Below are positions 46,796 through 59,610 of a stretch of 64,000 nucleotides of DNA, one piece after another. The DNA is from Raja brachyura. Lineage: Eukaryota. The stretch lies in contig OY740783.1 in assembly GCA_963514005.1 (NCBI GenBank), positions 129,146,001-129,210,000 on the forward strand, written 5' to 3'. A model generated the notes under the pieces. It saw only the letters and a program-made list of their open reading frames with translations, was not told where the DNA came from and ran no database searches. The translations under genes were made by a program, and so were the position numbers. Position 1 is the stretch's first letter. Each line of letters starts with the position of its first letter.

Positions 46796-47389
46796 TCGTA
46801 TTGTGTCTTCAGAATAAATGCATTTGATCTGCAAGTTATGTACAATATCTGCATTTTAAAGATTTTTTGAAGCAAAATTATATGCCTGTGGAAATTCTAA
46901 CAACGGGGTACACTCTTTGATGTATTATTGTTTTGAATTAACTATAAAGCCTCATGTGTGACCATAAATGATCCCTGGCCATTATCCATGTAAAGTCCAC
47001 CTCTCCTCTGCTCAGCCCAATACTTATCCTTCAAGCTGACCTTGCCGTATGCAAATTGGCTGACGCGCATCATCAGTTTAGTGTAGTTTAGAGACGCAGT
47101 GCGGAAACAGGCCCTTCAGCCCACCGAGTCCGCACCGACCAGCGATCCCCGCACATTAACACCCACTGACACGCACTAGAGACAATTTACACGAATACCA
47201 AGCTGAGTAATCTACAAACCTGTACGTCTTTGAAGTATGGGAGGAAACCGAAGATCTTGCCAAGTGGGGTATTAAAAAGTGTGCTGGCAAAAACTCAGGA
47301 TATGTACGTCCCCGTTAGAGTGAAGGGCAAAGCAGGCGAACATAAGGAAGGGGGGGGGGGGGGGGTACACAAAAAGCTGGAGAAACTCG

Positions 47390-47800
47390 CTGGAATTTAG
47401 AAGATTGAGGGGGGATCGTATAGAAACTTACAAAATTCTTAAGGGGTTGGACAAGCTAGATGCTGGAAGATTGTTCCCGATGTTGGGGGAGTCCAGAACA
47501 AGGGGTCACAGTCTAAGGATAAGGGGGAATTCCTTTAGGACCGAGATGAGGAAAACATTCATTACACAGAGAGTGGTGAGTCTCTGGAATTCTCTGCCAC
47601 AGAAAGTAGTTGAGGCCAGTTCATTGGCTATATTTAAGAGGGCGTTAGATGTGGCACTTGTGGCTAAAGGGATCAGGGGGTATGGAGAGAAGGCAGGTAC
47701 GGGATACTGAGTTGGATGATCAGCCATGATCACATTGAATGGCGGTGCAGGCTCGAAGGGCCGAATGGCCTACTCCTGCACCTACTTTTCTATGTTTTCT
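47390..47800 (+). mobile_element. CR1 3' fragment nested in a Penelope-tail element
   Basis: ORF 47405-47710 is highly similar to 135-539; AAACTC on both sides. Confidence 0.9.
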
Positions 47801-48129
47801 AAACTCAGCGGGTGCAGCAGCATCTAAGGAGCGAAGGAGATAGGCGACGTTCTCGAGACCCTTCTTCAGACTGGTGAACATAAGGAAGCTTGGCTGACGA
47901 GGGAAATTGAGGCATTGGTCAAACACAAGAAGGATGTATGGGACAGGTATAGGCAGCTGGGATCTAGTGCATCCCTGGAGGAGTTTTGGGAACGAAGGAG
48001 TAAACTGAAAAAGATCAGAAGGGAAAAAGGGGCCAGGAGATAGTTCTGGCAGGTAGCATTAAGGACAATCCCAAAAGATGTTATAAATACATAAGGGGGG
48101 AAAAAGATAACTAGAGAGAGAGTGGGAAA

Positions 48130-49358
48130 CCTTGTAAACCTACACCCCACTTCTTCAATAGGAAGAATGTCCTTCATCAAGTTTGAAGACCAGACCTGCA
48201 CACAATACTCCAGGTGTGGTCTCACTAGAGTCCTATACAACTGCAGGAGGACCTCTTTGCTCCTATACTCAACTCCTCTTTTTGAAGGCCAACATGCCAT
48301 TCGCTTTCTTCACTACCTGTTGTACCTGCATGCTTACTTTCAGTGACTGATGAACAAGGAACCCCAGATCCCGTTGTACTTCCCCTTTTCCCAACTTGAC
48401 ACCATTTAGATAATAATCTACCTTCCTGTTTTTGCCACCAAAGTGGATAACCTCACATTTATCCACATTAAACTGTATCTGCCATGCATCTGTCCACTCA
48501 ACCAACCTGTCCAAGTCACCCTGCATCCTCATAGATTAGATTCGATTAGATTCCCTTATTGTCATTCAGACCTTTCGGTCTGAACGAAATTGTTACCATA
48601 CAGTCATAACATATAATAAAAAACAAAACACACAATAAACACATATCCAACATCCACCACAATAAGTTCACCAGGCACCTCCTCACTGTGGTGGAAGGCA
48701 AAAGTCTTAAGTCATTGTCTTCATCCCTCCTAGTTCTCCCTCTGCACTGAGGCGATCCAGGCCTCCGCCGCCGCTGGAGCACCGCAGCTCTAAACCGGAC
48801 CACCGCCGCCGCCGCTGGAGCAACGCAGCTCCAAGCTGGGCCGCCGCCACAGCTCCGCCATTAGGCCTCAGCACAGACGGTGACGGGGGATACGCATCCC
48901 CCCGAAGGGAGAGACTAAAACTGTTTCTCCCCCCCCCCCCCACAATACACAACCTAATAAAACAAAGTTCTACAACAATCACTAGAATACAACAAAAAAA
49001 GGAAAAAACAGACGGACTGCAGGTGAGCCGCAGCTGCCAGCCAGCGCGGCCACATCCTCCTCACAGTTCACACGGCCACCCAGCTTTATGTCATCTGCAA
49101 ATTTGCTAGTGTTACTTTTAATCCCTTCATCCAAATCATTAATATATATTTGGTAATATATATTAGTGTAAATAGCTGCGGTTCCAGCACCGAGCCTTGC
49201 GGTGCCCCACTAGTCACTGCCTGCCATTCTGAAAGGGACCCGTTAATTCTTTTGTTTCCTGTCTGCCAACCAATTTTCTGTCCATGTCAGCGCCCTACCC
49301 CAATACCATGCGCTTTAATTGTACCCACTAATCTCCTATGTGGGACCTTATCAAACAC
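48130..49358 (-). mobile_element. CR1 RT-domain fragment, interrupted at 48534-49051
   Basis: GAPQGSVL, KFADDIKLGG, QGDLDRLVEW..WQIQFNVDKCEVIHFG, LYRTLVRPHLEYCVQVWS. Confidence 0.9.
48534..49051 (-). mobile_element. GC-rich non-autonomous retroposon (related copies at ~57035-57885 and ~58360-59170)
   Basis: Short-repeat tail plus GACAATAA(A/G), shared body motifs and a shared GGCGC..GCAGC..CTGCAG head; cleanly interrupts the CR1. Confidence 0.6.
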
Positions 49359-49359
49359 C

Positions 49360-49984
49360 TGACTCCTGAAGAGTGTTTCTGATCTGTCGGACAGGTGTTT
49401 GGGGAGCTACCTTTATTATAGAGAGAATTCTTCTGTCATCAGCTGTGGAGGTCTTCCTTGCCCTTTGCGATTAGTAAGTTCACCAGTGCTCTCTTTCTTC
49501 TTAATAGTGGTCCAAACAGTTGATTTTGCTAAGCAAAACATTTGGCTGATGTCTCTCTAACAGTTTTATTCATGTTTCTCAGTCTCACAATGGCTCCTTT
49601 GTCTTTCATTGGCACAACTTTGGTCCTCGTGTTGATAAACAGCAATAAAAGTTTCCAAAGGTGATGGAAAGACTGCTGAGAGCTCTCTTATACTTGCATT
49701 AAGGAGGCAATTAAATAAACCTGAGCAATTACAAACGCCTGTGAAGCCGTGTGTGCCAAACATTATGGTGCCCTGAAATGGGGGGGGGGGGGGGGACTAT
49801 GTGTAAACACAGCTGTAATTTCTACATGGTGAAACCAAAATGTATAAAAATACCCTTTAGTAAAATCTGACAATGCGCACTTTAACCACATGTGATTTCT
49901 TTTAATTACAAATCTCAAATTGTCGAGTACAGAGGCAAATAAATAAATGATGGGTCTTTGCCCCAAACATTATGGAGGGCACTG
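49360..49984 (-). mobile_element. Tc1-like transposon, one TIR plus the 5' end of the transposase
   Basis: TA|CAGTGCCCTCCATAATGTTTGG end with inner direct repeat (CCAAACATTATGG at ~49756 and ~49963); remnant AKSTVWTTIKKKESTGELTNRK..RKTSTADDRRI. Confidence 0.82.
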
Positions 49985-50989
49985 TAAATGTTAATGCTGC
50001 ACCATTGCTCAAGCCTTCTGTGGCAGCAGCAGTACTTCTATAATCTGATGCATTGAATAGTCACTTCAATTAGCTAATTTATTTTGATACATTCATGACA
50101 TCTATTTTAACATTAATCAAAGGGCATTTTATTAATTATGTTGGGTTGAGATTATTTATTACCCAGTTCTGAAGGTACAGCGAGATTTTATTCATTTAAC
50201 TTAGCGTGGAATATGAATTGCCAAAGAAAAGGTCGTTGAGGTTTATTATCATATGCATGAGTACGGTAAAGTACAGGCACAACGGAAAATCTCGCCCGCA
50301 GCAGCATCATAGGCACATAACATCGGAAGAAAAGACTGCAAAATAAAAAGGACATTAGTGCAAAAACAAGACTGTAGTATTGAAGATGTTGAGGTATGAT
50401 TATACTTGTGTAGGTTGCATTTAAAAAATCTGATGTTTGCGGGGAAGTAGCTATTCCAGAAGCTGGTGGTGTGGGACTTCAGGCTTCTGCCCCTCCTGCC
50501 CGACGGTAGCAGTGAGAAGAGGAACGGCCCGGATGGTGGGAATCCTTGATGATAGATGCCGCCTTCTTGAAGCAGCGCCTGGTGTAGATGCTGTCGATGG
50601 TGGGGAGGGCTGTACCCGTGATGGACCGGCCTGAGTCCACTGCTCTCTGCAGCCTCTTGTGTATGCTGCTTTGTAGCATGTCTACCATTTTTCCCATCTA
50701 AATATGAAGCTCTTGACTCTGCTTATAGGTCTGTCTTTGTGATCCTAAATTACCTGCTGTATTTGTCTCTCAGTTAGCTTGTACCTCCCAATTTCCACCA
50801 TGATTCAATGCCACTGTGCTTGGCACCGTCAGGCCTGACGCTTAAAACTAAATAAGCGAGTTTGGTATTCTGAAAAACACAAGGATTTATGGGATTTGTC
50901 AAAGGTTGAACGCTATAAATAAAAATCGTATGATACGCGTTAGATTCACTGAGTATAGTTTGGGTCTGATTTTTTTTGTCTTTTTTCAG

Positions 50990-51716
50990 TGAGAGACCGG
51001 GAGAGGGGCAGGGGAAGACCCGGGGGAGGGGGGTGGGGGGGAGGGGAGAATGAACCGGCATCCTCGCCCAAAGAAGTCTGGACCGACTGGACACCAGCCC
51101 CCAGGCCCACCGGCAGCACGGAGAAGCGCCAACCCCTGCTCACCACCACCTCTCCCGCCGGGCCAACCGACAGCCCCCATCCGATGACACCAGCAGCCCC
51201 AGGCCCACAGCCAGCCCGGAGAACCCACAGACCCACAGCCAGCGCTAACACCAGCCCAACCCCGCTCCAACTCCAGAGGAACTTGCTCCCCAATGGGCCG
51301 CTACGGCGACAAGTGCCAGTTCGCCCATGGCCTGGCCGAGCTGTGCCCCCTCAGCCGCCGCCCCAAGTACAAGACGGACCTTGCACACCGCCGGCTTCTG
51401 CCCCTACGGTGCCCGCTGCCACTTCATCCACAAACCCGAGGAGTGCCAGCCTGGGCTCTGCCTCCGCCGGCCCGGTGCTCGACTTCAGACCCGACCTGGA
51501 GTTGGAGCTGGCCCGGACTCTGGGCTTGAGGCTGGGCAAGGGACGGGGTGGAGGTTGCTGCTGCCGTCAGCACCACCAGCTCCAGCGGGCGTCCGGCCTT
51601 GCATGGCTGGCAGGAACCAGGATCAGGACGACTCCAGCAGCAGCGGCTCGCAGTCGCCCGTCTTCGAGCAGGGCTGGCGGCTGCCCATCTTCTGCAGGAT
51701 CTGAGTGTCGGACTGA
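50990..51716 (+). pseudogene. ZFP36/TTP-family tandem CCCH zinc-finger pseudogene
   Basis: [22 protein letters not shown] / frameshift / [16 protein letters not shown]; C-terminal NOT1-binding motif [13 protein letters not shown]-stop-VSD-stop; deletions remove Cys ligands of both fingers. Confidence 0.85.
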
Positions 51717-52124
51717 GGGGTGGAGGGCTGCCGGCCAACCCAGCTGCACAGGCAGAACCGAGCTGGAGCCACTGGCTGCAGCGCCGGCTGCAAGTCCAGG
51801 GCCGCACCGCCAGCCCAGGGTCAACCCGGACACCTTCGGACAGGGACGAGACACCGGCGAGGGTACTGGGATGGGGATGGAGACGACCCAGCAGCAACTG
51901 AACAGTGGCCGCAGCGACGGAGAACCGGGCCCGACTACGGACCAAACGCGAGCCTGCACACACAATGCAGCACCACTGTTGCCGAGACTGTTTATAGATA
52001 GTGACCTCGACCTGGACATGTGCAGTCGGAATACTGAACTCGCTTATTGCCACAATACTGGTCTTTTAGACCCCCTGGCACAAGATGGCTGCGTTGTTAC
52101 ACCAAGCTCCCAACTCCTTGTTTG

Positions 52125-52982
52125 TTAGACAAAGTGCTGGAGTAATTCAGCAAGTCAGGCAGCATCTCTGGAGAACATGGATAGGTGACGTTTCACAGAA
52201 TGCTGGAGTAACTCAGAGGGTCAGGCAGCATCTGTGGAGAACATGGATAGGTGACATTTCACAGAGTGCTGGAGTAACTCAGCGGATTAGGCAGCATCTG
52301 TGGAGAACGTGGATAGGTGAGGTTTTGGTCTTTTTCAAGGCATCTGATCAGAAATGTCACTTATTCATGCCCACACACGACCTAAAACAAAGAAACATGG
52401 AACTGCTGATGCTGCTTAATACTCAAAAGGACCCATGGGCTGGAGTAACTGAGCAAGTCAGGCAGGTCTCTGGAGAGCTTGCATTGATGACGTTCCTCCG
52501 ACTGAAGAGTGTTGACTTGAAACGTCACCTATCCATGTTCTCCACAGATGCTGCCTGACCCACTGAGTTACTCCAGCACTCTGTGAAACGTCACCTATCC
52601 ATGTTCTCCACAGATGCTGCCTGACCCGCTGAGTTACTCCAGCACTCTGTGAAACGTCACCTATCCATGTTCTCCACAGATGCTGCCTGACCCGCTGAGT
52701 GAGTCAAGCACTCTGTGAAACATTACCTATCCACGTTCTCCACATATGCTGCCTGACCCGCTGAGTTACTCCAGCACTCTGTGAAATGTCACCTATCCAT
52801 GTTCTCCAGAGATCCTGCCTGACCCGCTGAGTTACTCAAGCACTCTGTGAAACGTCACCTATCCACGTTCTCCACATATGCTGCCTGACCCGCTTAGTTA
52901 CTCCAGCACTCTGTGAAACGTCACCTATCCATGTTCTCCAGAGATCCTGCCTGACCCGCTGAGTTACTCAAGCACTCTGTAT
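52125..52982. repeat. 66-bp tandem array derived from the Penelope tail: 3 reverse units facing about 7 forward units
   Basis: Unit GAAACGTCACCTATCCATGTTCTCCACAGATGCTGCCTGACCCGCTGAGTTACTCCAGCACTCTGT; reverse arm 52127-52325, forward arm ~52518-52982. Confidence 0.92.
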
Positions 52983-54469
52983 GCTTCTTTTTGTAAACCA
53001 GCAACTGAACGGGCAACAACATTTGAAACACATTTGGATAAGTACGTGGATAGGAAAGGTTTAGAGGAATATGGGTCAAATGCCGGCGACTAATGTAGAA
53101 GGGACATCTTGGTCAGCATGGGCTAGTTGGGCCGAAGGGCCTGTTTTCATGACTCTATAACTGCAGTTCCCGGTGTCTCCCTGCCTGTTATTCCAGGTAA
53201 CACCAGGGATTAAGAATTTTAATATTTTAATTCATTCTTCATGTTTTCAGATTTCACTGTTGTCGATAAAGCATGGGATATTTAATTTATTTTCACTCGC
53301 CCTCTGTTGAAAAACATTTGTGAGGAATACTTTTGAGTTTTTCCTGTGTTCTGTGTCAGTGAAACAAATTCTTTGGTTATTTATAATGTGTGGAGCCAAT
53401 AGGGTTTGCTTCAGCAGGAGGCTAAGGTATTATTTATTCATTGCATAAGCTTGAAACATGAAACATAGCACATGAACAGGCCCTTTGGCTCATGTCCACC
53501 AATATTTAAGAACAAAAAAAATTTACTAAACTCTGCATGGATGAGTTGGGCTGAAGGGCCTGTTTCTGTGCTGCACGACTTTAACGGGAAATCTGAAATA
53601 TAAACAGAAAAAACTGCCAGCTGGTCGGTCAGTCAGCAGTTAGAATATTTTAATCCATCTCCGAGAAGTCCTGACAATATATTGTCATCCTGAAACTTTA
53701 CTTCTATGTTGGAAGGAACTAAAGATGTTGGTTCACACCAAATATAGATACAAAGTGCTGACGTAACACAGTAGGCCAGGCAGCTTCTCTAGAGAACATG
53801 AATGATTTTTTTTTCTCCAGAGATGCTGCCTGACCCTCTGAGTTACTCCAGCACTTTGTGTCGATCCGCCTTAACTCTGTGTTTCCGTCTCTCCATGTAA
53901 GCTGCCTCCTTACCTGAGCAATTTCTGCATTCTTTACTTTAATCTTTAGACGTTACTTTAGACTTTCGAGATACAGCGTGGAAACGGGCCCTGCCTTCAG
54001 CTTACTGGGTCCACGTTGACCAGAGATCCCTCCATACACTCGCACTATCCCACACAATAGGGGCGTTTTACAATTTTGCTGCAGCCAGTTAACCTACAAA
54101 CCTGCACATCTTTGGAGTGTGGGAGGAAACTGGAGCTCACGGAGGAAACCCATGTGGTCACAGGGAGAACGTGCAAACTCTGTACAGACAGTACCCGTAG
54201 TCAGGATTTCTGGCGCTGAAAGGCAGCAGATCTATGCTGCTCTTCTACCTTCAACTTTCAACGTTATCCGTGTTAAAATCCCTTTGCTGTTTCGCTGCCT
54301 CAGACGTCTGTAATCTCCTCCAGCTCCTGAGATCTCTATCTTTCATCTGGTTCCCGGCCAATTATTTTAAATTGGCGTCTTTGTGTAAACCTTTTACTTC
54401 AACCTCCACTCTTGGAAATAATAAGCTGAAATAACTCTTTGAATACTAAGCAAACATTAAGTCAAGAGA

Positions 54470-54895
54470 TGCAAGTTGGAGGAACACGTAAATTGAAGGA
54501 AAAACACCTTGTGTTTCGCTTGGGCAGCTTACAACCCAGCGGTATGATTTGATTTTCTAATTCCAACTAACCCCTGCATTTGGTCTCTCTCCATCCCTCC
54601 CCCCCCCCCCCCCCCCACCCTAGTTATCCTGCTAGTTCCACTGTTCATATCCGCATTTCCCTTCCTTATCACCTCTTCCAAACCAACAGTGGACCATTGT
54701 GGGCTCCATTGTGGGTTCCTTGGTCATCGGTGCCGGCTCTGATTTGTTCGGAACCGTTTCATACCTCTAGTTTCCCTCCCCCCTCAATCTCAGTTTGAAG
54801 AAGGGTTTCGACCTGATACCTCACCTGTTCCTTGTCTCTGGAGATGCTGCCTGACCCGCTGAGTTACTCCAGCATTTTGTGTCTATCTTCAATGT
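54470..54895 (+). mobile_element. Decayed Penelope-like 3' end
   Basis: RKLKEKHLVFRLGSLQPSGM, then UTR and TTGAAGAAGGGTTTCGACCTGATAC tail. Confidence 0.75.
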
Positions 54896-57800
54896 AAATA
54901 AAAGAACATTTTACAATTATGTGCGTCTCAAATTCTGCTGGCAAGTGATTCTCATTGCACATTAAAACACTGGCGGGGACGGCATTGTAAACTGAAATAT
55001 TCCAGCCTGACCAGTTTATAGGATTATCTAAACCACTCAATTGGATTACTGCCTTGTAATTCACCGAGATCCCCCTAGTCCTTTACACAATGACATTTTG
55101 ATTAATGCTGTTGCCTGTTTGCCAATATTTGCATACCCCGCAGCGTATCTCAGTATCACTGCGACACTCAGGATTAAGGCATGCACTTGCTGCCTCCCTG
55201 ACCATTTGCTGGCAGCTTCTCAGCTCGGCTGGTGTGGTTAGGATAGACATAGTGCATTAGCCAAAGCTGTCACCTCCATGGTCGCTTGAGGCCGAGTATG
55301 ATTGTTCTCCTAAAAGGACACGCAAAGTCTTTTGTTTAGTTTAGAGAAACAGCGTGGAACCAGGCCCTTCGGCCCACCGAGAACGTGCTGACCAGCGGTC
55401 ACCCCCCCCCCCCCCCCCCCCCCCCGTACACTAGCACTGTCCTACACACTAGGGACAACTTACAATCTTTACCGAAGCCAAGTCACCGACAAACCTGTAC
55501 GTCTTTGGAAAGTGGGAGGAAACCGGAAACACAAAAGGACACAAAGTGCTAGCATAACGCAGCGGGTCAGGCAGCATCTCTGGAGAATGTGGATGGGGGA
55601 CGTATAGGGGTGAGACCCTTCACTCGCGCTAAATCTCGAAACTAAACACAAAAAAAAACTCAACTCCAGAGAGGGTCAGGTGGGGCTGGGACGGGACAGG
55701 AAGGGACTCGAGGGTCTGAGGTACTGGGAGAGTTTGGCCAGGCGGCTAATCGCTGGACTCTGTGGGGGAAAGTGTGGTGTGATCATATGAAACTAAGAAG
55801 CATTTTATACTGGAGTAACTCAATTGGTTAGGCAACATCTCTGGAGAACATGGATAGGTGACATTTCAGGTTTTTTTTACACACAAGAGTGGTGGGTGCC
55901 TGGAACGTGCTGCCAGGGGGGGTGGTGGTGGAAGCAGATACAATAGTGGCATTTAAGGAACATGTGGATAGGTACATGGATATGCTGGGAATGGAGGGAT
56001 GTGGGTCATATGCAGACCGACAGATTAGATTAGTTTAACTTGGCATCATGTTCAGCATAGACATTGTGGGCCGAAGGGCCTGTTCCTGTGTTGTACCGTA
56101 CTATGTGACATGTTTTAACGTGGAGAGACTGGTGCACATGGTCCTGGTTGGAGACACACTCAGATGCAAATGCATGGACTCTACCATGGTTGGGAGAGTC
56201 TCCCTGCTGCAACCGTCTTCTGCCTTCTCAGCCCTTGTGGTGCCTCTATCCTCTGCCTATTACACCATTGAGGTCCTAGGTTCATAAGTTATAGGAGTAC
56301 AATTAGGCCATTTGGCCCATGGAGTCTACTCTGCCATCCAAGCATCTTTCCATCTCAACCCCATTCGCCTGCCTTCGCCCCATAACCCCTGACACCCGTA
56401 CTAATCAAGAACCTGTCAACTTCCACCTTACAAATGTACAATGACGGCCTTGAAAGCTATCCGTGGCAAGTCTTTACCTTGGGCCACACTTTGCCTGGAC
56501 CTGCCAGCGCTGGGTGACCCTGCCAGGAGATAGCTCCAGATGGTTTAGCTCACAGGATCGTGGGCACTTGTAAGCTGTTCCACCACCACAAGGTGGCCAC
56601 CCTCGGAGAAGAGCCAAGGTTGTGTCTCCCAACACATCCCTTTTTGGATTCTAGTTTCTATTCACCATCTGCATGTCTCCAGCAAGCCCAGAAGTTATTC
56701 CCCAGCCAGCTCAAAATTATCTTCAACATTTCAGAGGGCATTTATAAATCACCAGTGGTTCTCCAGTCATTTGGGCCAGACCAGTTAAAGAGAGCAAACT
56801 GCCTCCTCTGAAGGACAGACGCAAGGTTCAAGGATTATGGGGAGAAGGCAGGAGAATGGGGTTGAGAGGGAAAGATAGATCAGCCATGATTGGATGGTGG
56901 AGTAGACTCGATGGGCTGAACGTCCAAACTCTACTCCGATGAGTATTGAACTAAGTGAATCTTGAGCAGCTTTACGACAATATCTCCAATGGATCAGACA
57001 TGCCCTAATCTTCTGGATCAGCCCACCATGACAGATACAAATACAGATACATTTTATTTGTCACATGTGCCAATTGGCACAGTGAAATGAAGTCACCATA
57101 CAGCCATACAGGAAAAAAATAAAGAACACAACACAGAGTAGATAGAAATTCAACATAAAACATCCACTCACGGCAGGATCAAAGTTTCCCACCGTGAGGG
57201 AAGGCTCCAAAGTCAGTCTCTTCCCGATGTTCCCCAATGTTCACCCATGGTCAGGGCCTCCCCGAGCCCTCCGCTGTCGCCACTCCGGGCGGCCCGATGT
57301 TCAGGCCTGCTCCCGCTCCCCGGGGTGATGTAAGTCCGACGTCGGGGCTGGGGTACGTCCTCAGCGGCCTGGACCCTAAGTCGGCCCCCTCCGCGGCTCC
57401 CGAAGTCCGCAGGCCGCGCCGGGTGGAGATGCAACGCTGGAGGCCCTCGGCAAAGGGCCCCAGGACTCCATGGAGTTCAGCGCCGCCCACGTTGGAAGCT
57501 CTCCCAACCAGAGCTCCACGATGTTGGAGCAGCGGCCCAACGCTCCGGAGCTCCAAAGGCGACCCAGGTAGGCATCGCCCACTCCGCGGTGACTCCAGCG
57601 CCGCCGCTGTTGCAGCTCTGGTCCGGTTCCCGGTCCCCGGCAGGAAAGGCCGCTCTGATCCAGTAGGTAGGCCACGAAGTGGGGAGGCGAGGACGCGACT
57701 CGGAGAAATAGTCGCGTCCCCGCCAGGAAGCGACTGGGAAACAGTTTCCCCCTTACCCTGCCCCCCTCCCCCACATATAAAAGTTAAAGATTCTCCCAAA

Positions 57801-59610
57801 CACAAACTTCAAACTGACTATAAATTAAAAAAAGATGGAAAAACAAACGGGCTGCAGGCAGAGGTTGCTGTCAGTGCAGCGCCCCTAGTGAACTGACAGA
57901 ACTTGTCAAAAACTTTACAATCAAGGTTTGGATGGATACGGTGTTGGGGATTTGTAAAAAGTGCTGCCAGCCTTTGTGATTGGGGCACGCCATCCATATT
58001 CAAGAGCAATGGATGAAGATGATTGATGAGGGTCGGTCATTGATTGTTGGATACATGGACTATAGTAAAGTTTTTGACATGTTCTGTCATGGTGGGCTGA
58101 TCCAGAACATTAGGGCATGTCTGATCCATTGGAGACATTGAATTCCCAATTGGGTTGGCCTTAGAAAACAGAGTTGGGCTGAAGGGCCTGTTTCTGTGCT
58201 TCATGACAATGATTCTCGTGTTTTGTTGCTACTAAGCCAAACTTATTAAAATTAAATTCTAAATTGTTAGCTGGATATAAGTTCCACAGCTGTCATTATG
58301 GGATTTTAGATGCCGACCCAGTTACTCCTGACTTAACTGTTGCACCACCAATATACTCACGTTCAAGTCAAGTTCAAGTTACATTTATCATCACATGCAC
58401 CAATTGGTACAGTGAGATTTGAGTTACCAGACAGCCATATGAATAAAAAGAGCACAATACACGATAGAAATTTACCATGAACATCCCCACACAGCAGAAT
58501 CAACGTTTCCCACTGTGAGGGAAGGCAATAGTGATCTTCCCCTTAGTTCACCCGTGGTCGAGCCCTCCGCAGTCGCCGCTACGGCGGCCCGACGTTCACT
58601 CCCTCTCACCGGGATGATGGAACCCCGACGTTGGAACAGAAGAACACTCTCAGCGGCTTGGAGTCTCCGAATCGGCCGCTTCCTACCGGAGACTGCGGGT
58701 CCCGAGGTCCACAGGCCGAGGTGGATGGAGATTCAACTCTGGCGACCCCCCTCCCCCCTGCCCCCGGCAAAAGATCCCAGGGCTCCGCAATGTGAGAGTC
58801 GGCGCCGCCCGTGGCTGGAAGCTCCGCAAACCGCTGCTCCACGGTGTTAAAGCAGCAGGCCCAACGCTCCGGCGCTCCAACACAGGCGATCCAACACAGC
58901 GCTGCGCCACCGCTGCTGAAGCTCTGGCCCATCTCCGGCAGGAAAGGCCTCCGCCAATCCAGATGGTAGGGTGCGGGATGGGGGAGGGAGGGAGGGGGGG
59001 GAGCGAAGATGCGACTCAGAAGTGACTGAGAAAACAGTTTCCCCCTTCCCTCCCCCACCCCCCACATAAAAGAGACTAAGAAACTTCCAAAACCATACTT
59101 TTGACCAAATAAATATAACAAAAAGGGTGAAATGACAGACAAACTGCTGGCGAGGCTGCCGCGCGCCGGACCACCCAATGACATCTCCTCACTAAAGCAG
59201 TGACTGTCATTGGTGTTTAGCCTCCTTGGGCCTGAGGCAACAAAGGTGCTATTTGACATGGGGTGGGGGGAGTCATATGTAGGTTGGCGTTTGTTTTTAT
59301 AAAAAGACACAGAAGTGCTGGAGTAACTCGTCGGGTCAGGCAGCATCTCTGGAGAACATGGCGAGGTGATGTTTTGGGTTGGGGCCCTTCTGCAGACTGA
59401 AAGTAGAGGAGAGGGAACTGGAGGTAGTGGTGGCTGTGCCGGCAACAGATAACCAAAGAAGGGTGGTGCTAGTTATGGCTCATTGTCGACTGGGGAAGAG
59501 GTGATAATGAAGGGGTACAAGGATGGGAACAGTGGAACTAGTTGGACGAAGGACAACTAGGGTTGGGGAGACGGGGAGTGCAGGGGTTGCTTGAAATTAA
59601 ATCAACCTTC

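Noticed and set aside
50989-52128. 379-aa ORF across the ZFP36-like region
   Set aside because: The zinc-finger and NOT1-binding motifs lie in other frames. It starts at a non-ATG codon and has no recognisable domain.
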